Assembly: GCA_963707955.1 (NCBI GenBank)
Contig: OY970176.1
Location: forward strand, 1,472,001-1,536,000
Length of the DNA stretch: 64,000 nt
Origin: Candidatus Bathyarchaeota archaeon
GTDB taxonomy: Archaea > Thermoproteota > Bathyarchaeia > Bathyarchaeales > Bathycorpusculaceae
Reading direction: 5' to 3'
Shown here: piece after piece, positions 18,806-29,558 of the stretch
Layout: every line of letters starts with the position of its first letter
Position numbering within the stretch: position 1 is the first letter of the stretch
Notes under the pieces: model-generated
What the model saw: the letters and a program-made list of their open reading frames with translations, nothing else
Databases searched by the model: none
Told to the model about the DNA's origin: nothing
Translations under genes and position numbers: made by a program

Positions 18806-21571
18806 TTGGCGTCAGAATCTTGGCATGCGATGAATCTGGAAGAAACACTGAAAGCGTTGAACTCTACTGAGGCCGGCTTGAGTCAGGGAGAAGCGCAAAA
18901 ACGCTTGACTGACTATGGTCTGAATGAGCTGCGAAAGGAAAAGCGTACCTCTCCAGCAAAGATGTTTGCGGAGCAGTTCAAGGACATACTTGTCGTCATA
19001 TTACTGATCGCCACAGCACTCTCAGTAGCCATTGGCGAACTGATAGACGCAGTAGTCATAGTTGCTATAGTGTTGGCCACAGCGATCTTGGGTTTTGCAG
19101 AGGAATTTCGTTCCGAAAAGGCGGTTGAAGCTTTGAGGAAAATGACAGCGCCAACTGCAACGGTGCTGCGCGATGGTAAAGAAGTCAAGGTTCCGGCGAG
19201 CGAAATTGTTCCCGGAGATGTCCTGCTTTTGCACACTGGAGATAGAGTTCCAGCTGATGCACGACTAATCAAATCCATTAATCTTAAGGTGAATGAAGCT
19301 CCGTTGACAGGCGAATCTTCTCCTGTGAAGAAGAATGTTGATGTGTGCGTTGAGAAAACCTCGCTTAACGATCGTCGAAACATGGTTTTCGCCGGAACGG
19401 CTGTCGTCTACGGCCGAGGTGAGGCAGTTGCCACATCGACAGGTATGAACACGGAGTTTGGAAAGATCGCTAGGATGGTGCAGATGGCAGAGGAAGAGGA
19501 AACTCCGCTTGAGAAGAGAACTCGATCCGTCGGCAAATGGATCGGCATATTGTGCGTGGCGATCTGTCTGGGAGTGGCCGGTTTAGGCATCGTTGAAGGC
19601 AGTAACATCATTGACATGATGTTGTGGGGAGTAAGCTTGGCAGTGGTTGCGGTTCCTGAAGCATTGCCAGCCATCGTTACAGGGGCACTTGCAGTAGGCA
19701 TGTATCGTATGGCCAAGGTTAACACGATAGTTAAGAAATTGCCAGCCGTTGAAACGCTGGGCTGCGTCAGTGTCATATGCTCCGATAAGACGGGAACGAT
19801 GACGAAAGGCGAAATGACAGTGCAGAGAATCTACGTGGATGATCAGATCTTGAAGGTTTCAGGGGTCGGCTATGAGCCAAAAGGCGAATTTCTCTTGGAA
19901 AACCGCAAAGTCGATCCGAAAAGTAAAGGACTCCGCACAATTCTGACTGTTGCCGCACTGTGCAATGACGCGAAACTGGAAAGAGACACTGCCACGGAAA
20001 GATGGGTCATCAGGGGAGACCCCACAGAGGGAGCGCTGATCGTCGGAGCGGCGAAAGCTGGATTGTGGAAGGAGGACCTGGAAGAGCAGCAGCCCCGTGT
20101 AGGGGAGATCCCGTTCTCTTCAGATACAAAACGCATGACGACCATGCACGTCGTGTCTGGCAAGAAAAAAATCGCCTACTTGAAAGGAGCGCCTGAAATA
20201 GTATTGGACAAATGTACAAAAGTTTTGGCGAGTGGCAAGGTTTCTGATCTGACTGAAAGTGGTCGGGCGCGAATCCTTGAAGTGAATGAGGCCATGGCAA
20301 GACAAGCCTTAAGGAACTTGGGCTTTGCTTTCAGAGAACTGCCTGAAACAATGAGGGTATACGATGAGAAGATTGAGAGTGACTTTGTTTTTGTCGGCAT
20401 TATGAGCATGATTGACCCGCCGCGCGAAGAGGTAAAAGATGCGATACACACGTGCAAGAAAGCCGGGATAGACGTTGTGATGGTGACGGGTGATCATAGG
20501 CTTACGGCAGTGGCAGTGGCTAAGGAGCTGAATCTGCTCGGTGAGGACGAAGAGGAAGAAAAAGTGTTGACAGGCGCTGAGCTGGGAAAGTTGAGCGATG
20601 AACAGTTGGCTGACATGGTTGAGAGGGTTGTGGTCTATGCACGCGTTTCGCCCGAGCACAAGGTACGGATAGTCAAGGCTTGGAAAGCGAAGGGCCGCGT
20701 CGTGGCCATGACTGGTGATGGTGTTAATGATGCGCCAGCTCTCAAGATGTCAGACGTAGGCGTTTCTATGGGCATAACGGGAACAGATGTGACCAAGGAG
20801 GCGTCGGACATTGTCTTAACAGACGATAACTTTGCCTCCATAGTCAAGGCGGCAAAAGAAGGACGCCAAATATATGACAACATCAAGAAGTACCTCACGT
20901 ACCTTATGCGCTGCAACATAATGGAAATCCTAGTTATCTTCATAGCGGTGGTCTCCGTTCCAAGTCTCGCAAGGATCTATTCGCCGACCGCCCGCGCCGA
21001 CGACATCGGTATCGCAACGATAGCTTTGACTGCGACACAATTGCTCTGGGTGAACCTTACTACGGATGGCTTGCCGGCGATAGCGCTGGGCATTGATCCG
21101 GGTGACCCTGATATAATGGAGAGGAAACCGCGCGATCCAAACGAGAGTGTCTTCACACTTGATGTCAAACTCTACCTGTCGCTGATTCCGATACTAATGA
21201 CTGCTCTGCTTCTGTTTGGATACTTTTTCTATCGACCGTGGGAAAGCTCAGCTCAACTAATAGAGGGTCGAACTCAGCTGCTGACCGCCATGATTATCAT
21301 GGAGTTGGCCAATGCTATTTCTGCCCGGTCACTGAAATATCCAGTGTGGAAAGTAGGCGTGTTCAAAAACAGATTTCTGTGGTACGCTGTGCTCTCGTCG
21401 TTCTTCCTCCAGCTTATTGTGCTCTACACACCAGGTCTAAACGCAGTCTTCGGCGTGTCGGCACCTGAACCACTCGATTGGGCGTTTGCAGTACTGTTCA
21501 CCGCGATAACCTTCTGTTCACTGGAAACTGCGAAGTGGATAACAAGCAGCAGAGGCAAGAAGCATGTTTAG
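18806..21571 (+). CDS. P-type ATPase (P2A, Ca2+-type)
   Basis: TGES, PEAL, DKTGT, KGAPE, TGD, GDGVND, LWVNLTTDG. Confidence 0.93.
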   Translation: MASESWHAMNLEETLKALNSTEAGLSQGEAQKRLTDYGLNELRKEKRTSPAKMFAEQFKDILVVILLIATALSVAIGELIDAVVIVAIVLATAILGFAEEFRSEKAVEALRKMTAPTATVLRDGKEVKVPASEIVPGDVLLLHTGDRVPADARLIKSINLKVNEAPLTGESSPVKKNVDVCVEKTSLNDRRNMVFAGTAVVYGRGEAVATSTGMNTEFGKIARMVQMAEEEETPLEKRTRSVGKWIGILCVAICLGVAGLGIVEGSNIIDMMLWGVSLAVVAVPEALPAIVTGALAVGMYRMAKVNTIVKKLPAVETLGCVSVICSDKTGTMTKGEMTVQRIYVDDQILKVSGVGYEPKGEFLLENRKVDPKSKGLRTILTVAALCNDAKLERDTATERWVIRGDPTEGALIVGAAKAGLWKEDLEEQQPRVGEIPFSSDTKRMTTMHVVSGKKKIAYLKGAPEIVLDKCTKVLASGKVSDLTESGRARILEVNEAMARQALRNLGFAFRELPETMRVYDEKIESDFVFVGIMSMIDPPREEVKDAIHTCKKAGIDVVMVTGDHRLTAVAVAKELNLLGEDEEEEKVLTGAELGKLSDEQLADMVERVVVYARVSPEHKVRIVKAWKAKGRVVAMTGDGVNDAPALKMSDVGVSMGITGTDVTKEASDIVLTDDNFASIVKAAKEGRQIYDNIKKYLTYLMRCNIMEILVIFIAVVSVPSLARIYSPTARADDIGIATIALTATQLLWVNLTTDGLPAIALGIDPGDPDIMERKPRDPNESVFTLDVKLYLSLIPILMTALLLFGYFFYRPWESSAQLIEGRTQLLTAMIIMELANAISARSLKYPVWKVGVFKNRFLWYAVLSSFFLQLIVLYTPGLNAVFGVSAPEPLDWAFAVLFTAITFCSLETAKWITSSRGKKHV

Positions 21572-21636
21572 AAAAACTTAAATTCGGAGCAATGTGAAAA
21601 GTGCGTCTAACAATAGAGTTGAAGGGCTGAAAAGAA

Positions 21637-22218
21637 ATGAGCGAAAAATTGGCAAATCCAGCACCACTTGGACTATTGGCATTCGGCCTAACAACTGTTC
21701 TATTGAATCTCTTCAACGCCGGATTGTTATTGTCAACTTCTTTAAGCATGATCTTGGCAATGGGGTTGGCTTACGGAGGGCTGGCTCAAATAATAGCAGG
21801 TGCAATGGAGTTTAAGAAAGGTAACACGTTTGGTACGGTCGCATTTTCCTCTTATGGTTTCTTCTGGTGGTCACTTGTTTTCTTGATCTTGCTGCCAGAC
21901 CTAGTTTCGGGATTACCAAACTCCTTTGCTGATTCGCAAGCTATGGCGGCATACTTCTTCATGTGGGGCTTATTCACATTTGCAATGTTCTTTGGAACAT
22001 TGAAAGCAAACAGAGCAATACAATTTGTCTTCATGAGCCTAGCTATACTCTTCTTCATGCTAACTGCCAGTCAGATTACGGGGAATGCAACACTACTGAA
22101 GATAACAGGTTACGAAGGAGTCGTTTGTGGACTCAGCGCGGTTTACTTGGGCTTGGCTGAAGTACTGAACGAGGCCCATGGAAAAGCTTTCCTGCCTATA
22201 GGCCCCATGAGCAAATAG
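21637..22218 (+). CDS. satP: acetate uptake transporter (SatP/GPR1/FUN34/YaaH)
   Basis: LANPAPLGL signature; SYGFFW; about six TM helices. Confidence 0.9.
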   Translation: MSEKLANPAPLGLLAFGLTTVLLNLFNAGLLLSTSLSMILAMGLAYGGLAQIIAGAMEFKKGNTFGTVAFSSYGFFWWSLVFLILLPDLVSGLPNSFADSQAMAAYFFMWGLFTFAMFFGTLKANRAIQFVFMSLAILFFMLTASQITGNATLLKITGYEGVVCGLSAVYLGLAEVLNEAHGKAFLPIGPMSK

Positions 22219-22302
22219 AAGCCTTTGCCCTTTCTATTTTCAACCGAAAACGTTTATATTTTCGAAAGAAGGTCTTTCCACGAATTCACTGAAGGTTAGA
22301 AG

Positions 22303-24243
22303 ATGTCAGAGGCAAGCTTACCGTTTGATGAGAAGGTTTACCCTGGGAAAATCCTCAAGGCGGAGTGGGAGAGGTCGATAAAGAATCCTCAGGAGTTTTG
22401 GGCGGAAAAAGCAAAGGCTATAGACTGGTTTAGGACTTGGGACAAGGTTTTGGATGATTCGAACAGGCCGTTCTACAAGTGGTTTTCAGGCGGCATTCTG
22501 AACATATGTTACAACGCGCTTGACAGGCACTTGCAAACGTCCAGAAAGAACATGCTGGCTTACATTTGGGAAGGCGAGAGCGGGGAGGTCAGAACCTTCA
22601 CGTACTATCAGCTTTATCGGGAAGTGAACAGGCTCGCCAAAGTCTTCAAAGACCTGGGGCTCAAGAAGAGCGACAGAGTGGCCGTCTATCTGCCCATGAT
22701 CCCTGAACTTCCGATCACGTTGCTCGCGTGTGCTCGTTTGGGTGCCGTGCACACAGTGGTCTTTTCGGGTTTCAGCGCGGAAGCCCTTGCAGACAGGATA
22801 AACGACTGTGAAGCGAAGATTCTGGTGACGGCTGACGGTGCCTACCGACGCGGAAAAACCGTTGCACTAAAAGACACTGCGGACCGTGCGGTGCAGAGCA
22901 CGCCGACCGTCCAAAAAGTCGTTGTGGTCAAGAGGACTGGACAGAACGTTCCGATGAGAGAAGGCCGCGATGTCTGGTACAATGAAGCGATGAGCAAAGT
23001 GGAACAAAATGCCTACGTTGCCCCTGAGCCGATGGAAGCTACTGAGCCCCTGTTCATACTTTACACGTCTGGAACTACGGGCAAGCCTAAGGGGGTTCAA
23101 CATGGTATCGGCGGCTACTTGGTCTGGGGATATTGGACGTTGAAGTGGGGTTTCAATCCGAATGATGAGGACATCTGGTGGTGCACGGCTGACATAGGTT
23201 GGATCACTGGTCACACGTACAACGTTTACGCTCCGCTGGCCTTGGGAATAACATCATTCATTTTTGAGGGGACGCCGGACTATCCCGCTCAAGATCGATG
23301 GTGGGACATGATCGAGAGACACGGGGTGACAATACTTTACACCACGCCGACGGCGATCAGGATGTTCATGAAGTTCGGTGAACAGTGGGCGACGAAGCAT
23401 GATCTGAGCACGCTAAGGCTCTTAGGAACTGTTGGCGAACCCATAAACCCCGAGGCTTGGAGATGGTACTACCGTGTCATAGGGAAAGAGAAACTTGCGG
23501 TCATAGACACGTGGTGGCAGACTGAAACGGGAGGTTTCATGATAGCTCCTCTTCCAGGCATAGAGCTTGTGCCATTGAAACCGGGTTCTGCGACGAATCC
23601 TCTGCCAAGCGTCTACCCAGAAGTCTACGATGAGAAAGGGCAACAAACGCCTACGGGTGTTAAAGGGTTCTTGGTGATCAAGACACCGTGGCCAGGGATG
23701 CTCGAAACGATATGGAAGGATCCCGACAGGTACAAGCAGACGTACTTCGGAAGATGGCCCAACATCTACTACACGGGAGACTACGCGGTCAGAGATCCCG
23801 ACGGTTACTTCTGGCTGCTAGGAAGAGCTGATGAGGTTTTGAAGGTTGCCGGACACAGAATAGGCACTGTGGAGCTTGAAAGCGCGCTTGTTTCACACCC
23901 GGCGGTTTCAGAAGCTGCCGTCATGGGCAAGGAAGACGCGCTGAAAGGCGAGGTGCCCGTGGCCTTTGTCACGCTGAGAAGCGGTTTCCAACCATCAGAC
24001 CAACTGCGCGCGGACCTGGTGAAGCACATAAGGGAGACGATAGGTCCGATCGCAACGCCGGACGCAATCGTGATCGTGAACAAGCTGCCGAAGACGCGCA
24101 GTGGAAAGATCATGCGAAGACTGTTGAAGGCGGTTCTAGCCGGAGCGGCCTTGGGTGACGTGTCGACGTTGGAGGACGAAGGTTCGGTTGATGAGATCAA
24201 GGCGACCTACGAAGAGATGAGGAAACAGCTGGACAAGAAATAG
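22303..24243 (+). CDS. acs: AMP-forming acetyl-CoA synthetase
   Basis: YTSGTTGKPKG, DTWWQTETG, PKTRSGKIMRR. Confidence 0.95.
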   Translation: MSEASLPFDEKVYPGKILKAEWERSIKNPQEFWAEKAKAIDWFRTWDKVLDDSNRPFYKWFSGGILNICYNALDRHLQTSRKNMLAYIWEGESGEVRTFTYYQLYREVNRLAKVFKDLGLKKSDRVAVYLPMIPELPITLLACARLGAVHTVVFSGFSAEALADRINDCEAKILVTADGAYRRGKTVALKDTADRAVQSTPTVQKVVVVKRTGQNVPMREGRDVWYNEAMSKVEQNAYVAPEPMEATEPLFILYTSGTTGKPKGVQHGIGGYLVWGYWTLKWGFNPNDEDIWWCTADIGWITGHTYNVYAPLALGITSFIFEGTPDYPAQDRWWDMIERHGVTILYTTPTAIRMFMKFGEQWATKHDLSTLRLLGTVGEPINPEAWRWYYRVIGKEKLAVIDTWWQTETGGFMIAPLPGIELVPLKPGSATNPLPSVYPEVYDEKGQQTPTGVKGFLVIKTPWPGMLETIWKDPDRYKQTYFGRWPNIYYTGDYAVRDPDGYFWLLGRADEVLKVAGHRIGTVELESALVSHPAVSEAAVMGKEDALKGEVPVAFVTLRSGFQPSDQLRADLVKHIRETIGPIATPDAIVIVNKLPKTRSGKIMRRLLKAVLAGAALGDVSTLEDEGSVDEIKATYEEMRKQLDKK

Positions 24244-24327
24244 CTCGATTTCTTTTTTCTCAATTGCTTTCAAGCGTGCCAACAGTAACCTAGGCAAAAC
24301 TCTAGTTTCGATGGTGTAAGCGTCGCT

Positions 24328-25659
24328 TTATGGGTAGAATCGTCTGGTTGTCCTCGGGAAGGGTATTGCGTCTATTATGTTCTTTAAGTCGAGCATCCAT
24401 GTTAGCACCCTTTCTAGACCCATTCCGAAGCCCATGTGTGGAACAGTGCCGTATCGTCGCAGGTCAATGTACCAATCGTAATCTTCGGCTTTGAGGCCTT
24501 GTTCTTTGATTCTTCTGATCAATTCTTCTTTGTCGTCCTCTCTTGCTCCGCCTGTTGAAATCTCGCCGATTCTTGGGACGAGCATGTCTGTTGACATGGC
24601 GATTTCCGGCTTGTCCCTGTATGTTTTGCAGTAGAAGGCTTTGATCTGTTTTGGGTAGTCGTACACGAAGAAGGGTTTGCCAAACTCGTCTGCCAGGGCT
24701 TTTTCGTCCTCGTAGCCCAGGTCGTCGCCCCATTTTGTTTTGAGACCTTTTGCGTGCAGCTTCTCAATGGCCTCCGTGTAGGTTATTCTTGGGAACGGCG
24801 TCTTGACCAACTGGAGTTTCTTCATGTCGGAACCCAGCTCTTCAAACTGAGGTTTGCAACTCTGCATGGTTCTTTTGCAGACATAGGTTAGGAGTTCTTC
24901 CTCGAGTCGCATCAGATCGTTCATGTCGGCGAATGCCTGTTCTGCTTCGATGTGCCAGTATTCGCTTAGGTGTCGTATTGTCCGGCTTTTTTCAGCTCTG
25001 AAAGATGGAGCGATGCAGTAGACTTTCTCCAGTGAGTATATCAGAATTTCAAGATAGAGCTGCGCGCTCTGGGTCAAGTACATGTTCTCGTCGAAGTACT
25101 TCAAGCCGAAGAGCGTTGACCCGCCTTCGACAGCGCTTGTGACGAACATTGGAGGGGAGACTTCAACGAACTCTCGTTTTCTGAAGAACTCGTGTGTGAA
25201 CCTCAGCAAATCATTGCGGACTTTCATTATGACGGTCATGTCTCGACTTCGGAGCCACAGGTGTCGAACATTCCGCAGGAAATCCTCGGTGTCTGCTTCT
25301 TCCTCCTGTTGTTCTCCTACGGTTACCTTTGTGCCTTTGGTTATTGGGAAGGATTCTGCCAATCCGATGATTGAGAGTTTCTTAGCCGACACTTCATATC
25401 CGCCAGGAGCTCGTGCATCCATCCTGACGGTGCCCTCAAGCATTACTGAGGATTCGATCGTGGCTTTTTCAGCTTCAGGCCAAGCTTTGCTTTCTTTCTT
25501 CACCGGGCACTGAATGATTCCTGTCGAGTCACGCACAAGCAGGAAAATCGTCTGTTTCTCTCCTCTCTTGCGGTAGACCCAGCCTCGGACCGCCACTGTT
25601 TTGCTTTCAAAATGGCCGTCCAAGACTTCTTGAATGGGAACAATGCGCATGCAGGTCAA
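24328..25659 (-). CDS. asnS: asparaginyl-tRNA synthetase
   Basis: OB fold, YLTQSAQLY, FRAEKSRTIRHL, RRYGTVPH-GFGMGLER. Confidence 0.9.
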   Translation of the reverse strand: MTCMRIVPIQEVLDGHFESKTVAVRGWVYRKRGEKQTIFLLVRDSTGIIQCPVKKESKAWPEAEKATIESSVMLEGTVRMDARAPGGYEVSAKKLSIIGLAESFPITKGTKVTVGEQQEEEADTEDFLRNVRHLWLRSRDMTVIMKVRNDLLRFTHEFFRKREFVEVSPPMFVTSAVEGGSTLFGLKYFDENMYLTQSAQLYLEILIYSLEKVYCIAPSFRAEKSRTIRHLSEYWHIEAEQAFADMNDLMRLEEELLTYVCKRTMQSCKPQFEELGSDMKKLQLVKTPFPRITYTEAIEKLHAKGLKTKWGDDLGYEDEKALADEFGKPFFVYDYPKQIKAFYCKTYRDKPEIAMSTDMLVPRIGEISTGGAREDDKEELIRRIKEQGLKAEDYDWYIDLRRYGTVPHMGFGMGLERVLTWMLDLKNIIDAIPFPRTTRRFYP

Positions 25660-26044
25660 CCTTTCCCTCTCAATACTGTTTCCAGACCTAAATACCTATC
25701 CTGAATCTCACACTTCTTTGGCGCTAGGGTCCGAAATTTTGAAAAATTCGCTGATCTACAGCGGAGAAGCGCCAACAGCAAGCAGGATAAAGGGCAGTTG
25801 TGGCGAAACATAAGTGTAGAGTGCGCCGGCGAGAAGCAGGGCAAACGCTTGACTTACTCAGATGAAGAACTGGCCGCATCCGATGACTTTTCCTCTGAGG
25901 AACGAGTAATGGTTTTCGTGACTTGAAGCTTGCTTCTTCGTTCAAGTGCCACTGAAAACACGCATATAAGCTGTAAGAGGCGACGCTTATTGACGCATCA
26001 TAATTCTTAAATCTCCGGCTCTTAAGCATTATAGCGAGACTGTT

Positions 26045-27412
26045 TTGGAAACTTTGGAAAGCGGTTACAAGCTCAGAACGCTTATGCGTTCGACGATTGC
26101 CATTTCGAGCGTCATTCTTGTGGAAGTTATTCTCGGCCTGATGGTGAACAGTCTGGCAATCGTTAGCGACGGTTTGCATGCCCTTCTTGACGCTTTGACG
26201 ACGTTCATGCTTTTCGTTGCGACTCGCATGTCTATCAAGCCCCCTGACGAGGAGCACATGTATGGGCACGAGAAGTTTGAGTCAGTGGGCGGTTTTATCG
26301 GTGGTTTTGCACTCATAACCGTGGCGTTGCTGATACTTTACGAGGCCGTTTTGAAAACAGTGACCCATCAGACTGTCAACACTGGAATAGAATACGTTGG
26401 TTTCATAGCGATCGGTTACACGTTCTGCATAGATTTCTTCAGGGTCGGAACGCTCATGAGGGCGCGTAGGAGTGAAAGTGTCACGATGAGGGCAGGGTTC
26501 TACCATGCCATAGCGGATCTGAGTTCGACTGTGATAGCATTCGCAGGGTTTGGGCTGGCGACGCTGGGATTCAACTACGGGGATTCGCTGGCATCGATGG
26601 TTCTAGGCGTCTTGTTAACCTATCTTAGCGTCAAACTTGTTTGGAGCAGCGGAATGGAACTCACCGACACGGTGTCGAAGGGCTTAGCAAACAAGGTCAA
26701 GAAAGAGATTCTAGGCACAATTGGTGTCTGCAGGTTCGAGAACCTGAAGATCAGGAAGGCAGGCGAGAAGACCTTTGTCAGAGCTACTTTGCAGGTCCCA
26801 GATTACATGGGCCTTGAAGAGGCTCACGATCTGGCCTCAAACGTTGAGGCAAAAATAAAGAGCGTGCTGGGCAACGCGGAGGTTGCGATACACACCGAGC
26901 CTTGTATGACAGAAATGCCGACCGAGAAGCTTGTGGAGAAATTGGCGACAGAAGTTGCGGGTGTAAAGGAGGTGCATGAGGTCAACGTGGCATACGCGAA
27001 GAGTAGGCTGTACATCACGTTGCATGCGTGCGTGGATCCGAAGCTGTCAGTTGAGGAGGCTCACGAAATGGCTGAGAGGATTGAGATGAGAATAGAGCAG
27101 GAATTAAGGAACGTTGAGGACGTGGCAGTGCACATGGAACCTTTGAGTCTCGGGGAGAGACGAGGGACAGCAGTGGACGAAAGTGAGATCAGGAGAATTG
27201 TTCACGCATTAGCTGATAGTTATCAGCAGGCGTTTCGTGTCAAGGGGATAGTCACCTACGTTGCCGACAGGAAGCGTTACATAAACATTGATTGCAGTTT
27301 CACTAAGCAGATTTCGATTGAAGAAGCGCATGAGATCGCTTCGCAGATTGAAGAGCAGGTCAGAGAACATTTTGCGGAGACGACGGTTACGGTTCACGTT
27401 GAGCCAAGTTGA
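26045..27412 (+). CDS. cation diffusion facilitator with three C-terminal ZT-dimer-type domains
   Basis: DGLHALLD, PPDEEHMYGHEK, HAIAD; three EEAHxxA...HxEP units. Confidence 0.88.
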   Translation: METLESGYKLRTLMRSTIAISSVILVEVILGLMVNSLAIVSDGLHALLDALTTFMLFVATRMSIKPPDEEHMYGHEKFESVGGFIGGFALITVALLILYEAVLKTVTHQTVNTGIEYVGFIAIGYTFCIDFFRVGTLMRARRSESVTMRAGFYHAIADLSSTVIAFAGFGLATLGFNYGDSLASMVLGVLLTYLSVKLVWSSGMELTDTVSKGLANKVKKEILGTIGVCRFENLKIRKAGEKTFVRATLQVPDYMGLEEAHDLASNVEAKIKSVLGNAEVAIHTEPCMTEMPTEKLVEKLATEVAGVKEVHEVNVAYAKSRLYITLHACVDPKLSVEEAHEMAERIEMRIEQELRNVEDVAVHMEPLSLGERRGTAVDESEIRRIVHALADSYQQAFRVKGIVTYVADRKRYINIDCSFTKQISIEEAHEIASQIEEQVREHFAETTVTVHVEPS

Positions 27413-27471
27413 GCGTCTTCCTCGGTTGGCTTTCTATTTTGAAGAGTGGAAAAAGATGGGAGGAGAAGGGA

Positions 27472-29484
27472 TTAGCCGATCTCGATCTCTTTTATGAAGG
27501 CCAGGTCGTCTAGGCTGTTCAGTTTTACCATCGCGTTAGACACTGTGTAGAGCACGTTTTCGATGTAAAGCGACCGTTGCACGTAGTAGTTGCTGTCCGA
27601 TATGCTTGTGCCGTTCTCAATATGTGTGATTCCGCCTCTGAAGACGAAGCCTTCGCTTAGCGTTAGGTTGAACACGTAGGCGCCTTGCCAAATAGGTTGT
27701 CCGTAAGCACTTGGGGGAACCGCGCTTGCGTTGGGATATTGGCTCTGGTCGATTTTTGCGACGAGGACTGGTATGACGAGCAGGTTCTTTGACTTGTCGA
27801 ACAGGAATGCTTTGGGGTCACTTAACACGGGGGAGTCTGAGCCTCTGTCTCCGATCGTGTAGTTAGCCATCTGAATCGGGTTGCTGACGTTGCTGACGTC
27901 GAAGAGTGCCACTTTTATTCCTTGATACCACGCGAAGTATCCCTGGTCTGCTTCCACGGTTTCCTTGCCTACCCCTATTAAATGGTTCTCGTCGTACGGA
28001 TACAGATAATCTGAGAACCCTGGTATCAACAGTTGACCTAGGACGGCTGGTTCAGTCGGGTCGGTGAGGTTGATCACAAAAAGCGGGTCCGTCTTCTGGA
28101 AGGTGACAAGGTAGCATCTGTCGCCCACGAACCTTGCTGAGTACAGGTTCTCATTCGGAGCTATGTTTTCAAGTCTGCCAAGAATGGTCAAGTTTTGGTC
28201 AAGGACGTACACGTTGTGCTCTGTTGCTGGGGCGGTGCGTACCACTATGACAAATGGGCCAGTAGTGTTTGTAATTGACAAAGTTCCATTAGCGTTTTTG
28301 AACACTATTGGGGTCCCAGTCACGTTTATCGTGCTTGTCGTCCACGTTGTGTTTGTGGTAGCTATTCTAAAGCAGTCGTTGTATTCGTCCATTGAGTACT
28401 GGTTGAGCACGCTGCCCGGTACTTCCCCTTTTGCTTCAGGGTTAATAGTGCTGTTCTCTATGTGCACCCTGTAGATCAATGTCTGGTCCTGTTCAGGAAA
28501 GGTTATGTAGATGTTGTTCAGTGAGACGTAAATCGTGCTGGTTCCTCCGAGTGTGAGGGTCTTGTAGCTCGGCGTTTCCGCCGTGTCTTGAATGTTGAGG
28601 GCTATGATCGTTGTGAACACGAAATAGTTGTCGGTGGTGTTGGAGTAGTAGATTTCGGAGGGAGGTACCTCTGTTGTGTTGCCGTTCATTCCGAGCTTGG
28701 GTATGTTGACCGTGTCGATTGTAACGTTCGGTGCGGGTTGATCGGCGTAGAAGGCTGGCTCGCTTGCGATGAGGTAGACAAAGTCACCTATCATTCTTGA
28801 ACTGAAATAGCTGCCGCTCGTTGTGAAGGTTGTCAGTAATTTGGGGTTCGTTCTGTTCGATATGTCGTATATCTGCGCAGTGGTTGTGGTGTTTGTGAAG
28901 TATACATCTGTGCCGTTAATGAGCTGTTGAGACATGATGGATTGTGTTCCGAGCACGGCTAGTCTGTCGCCGTTGACAAAGATTCCCACTGGCGTCATGT
29001 CGCTTGTCGCTATCGTAGAAACGAGTTGTGCTTGGTCTGCGGGGTAAGCCTTTAGAATTGAAACGTTGTTGCCTGTGACTAGGTAGATGTATTCACCGTC
29101 GGTCTTCACGGTGTCTGCTTCGTCAACTCCGGCGACCTGTATGTTTGTTGTTGAGTATTGCGTGGTTCCAGTTATTTCTCCTTGGTAGGAGAGGATGCTG
29201 TTAGCTGAGACGGATGGTGAAGCAAGTGCAAACGGGGTGGCTGGCAGCATTGAAGGTGGGACAGACGATTCATAGCTGGGGTATGTCGATTGGGGTTGAG
29301 TGTTGTTTTGCAGGAATTCTGTGAGCTCTTCGTAGGAAGAGAAAGCTAACATGGCTGAAGAGGGCTGGGTTGGTGAGGTTCGTGGCACATAACCAAATTG
29401 GTAGATGAGTGAGACCAGTATTGTGGCTAGAAGGACGGTTGCGATGCCATAGAGCTTCGTGCGCCTGCTGATTTGTTTCTGCAT
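27472..29484 (-). CDS. secreted/membrane-anchored beta-propeller domain protein
   Basis: N-terminal TM; STTNIQVAGVDEADTVKTDG, NQYSMDE, TFQKTDPLF, IPGFSDYL motifs of the Beta_propel family. Confidence 0.85.
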   Translation of the reverse strand: MQKQISRRTKLYGIATVLLATILVSLIYQFGYVPRTSPTQPSSAMLAFSSYEELTEFLQNNTQPQSTYPSYESSVPPSMLPATPFALASPSVSANSILSYQGEITGTTQYSTTNIQVAGVDEADTVKTDGEYIYLVTGNNVSILKAYPADQAQLVSTIATSDMTPVGIFVNGDRLAVLGTQSIMSQQLINGTDVYFTNTTTTAQIYDISNRTNPKLLTTFTTSGSYFSSRMIGDFVYLIASEPAFYADQPAPNVTIDTVNIPKLGMNGNTTEVPPSEIYYSNTTDNYFVFTTIIALNIQDTAETPSYKTLTLGGTSTIYVSLNNIYITFPEQDQTLIYRVHIENSTINPEAKGEVPGSVLNQYSMDEYNDCFRIATTNTTWTTSTINVTGTPIVFKNANGTLSITNTTGPFVIVVRTAPATEHNVYVLDQNLTILGRLENIAPNENLYSARFVGDRCYLVTFQKTDPLFVINLTDPTEPAVLGQLLIPGFSDYLYPYDENHLIGVGKETVEADQGYFAWYQGIKVALFDVSNVSNPIQMANYTIGDRGSDSPVLSDPKAFLFDKSKNLLVIPVLVAKIDQSQYPNASAVPPSAYGQPIWQGAYVFNLTLSEGFVFRGGITHIENGTSISDSNYYVQRSLYIENVLYTVSNAMVKLNSLDDLAFIKEIEIG

Positions 29485-29558
29485 TCGTCGTTCACCGTTA
29501 TAGCCTATTGGTTCACGTTGGATTTTATGCTAAGCCTTAGGACAGGGTGTTCCAGAAG

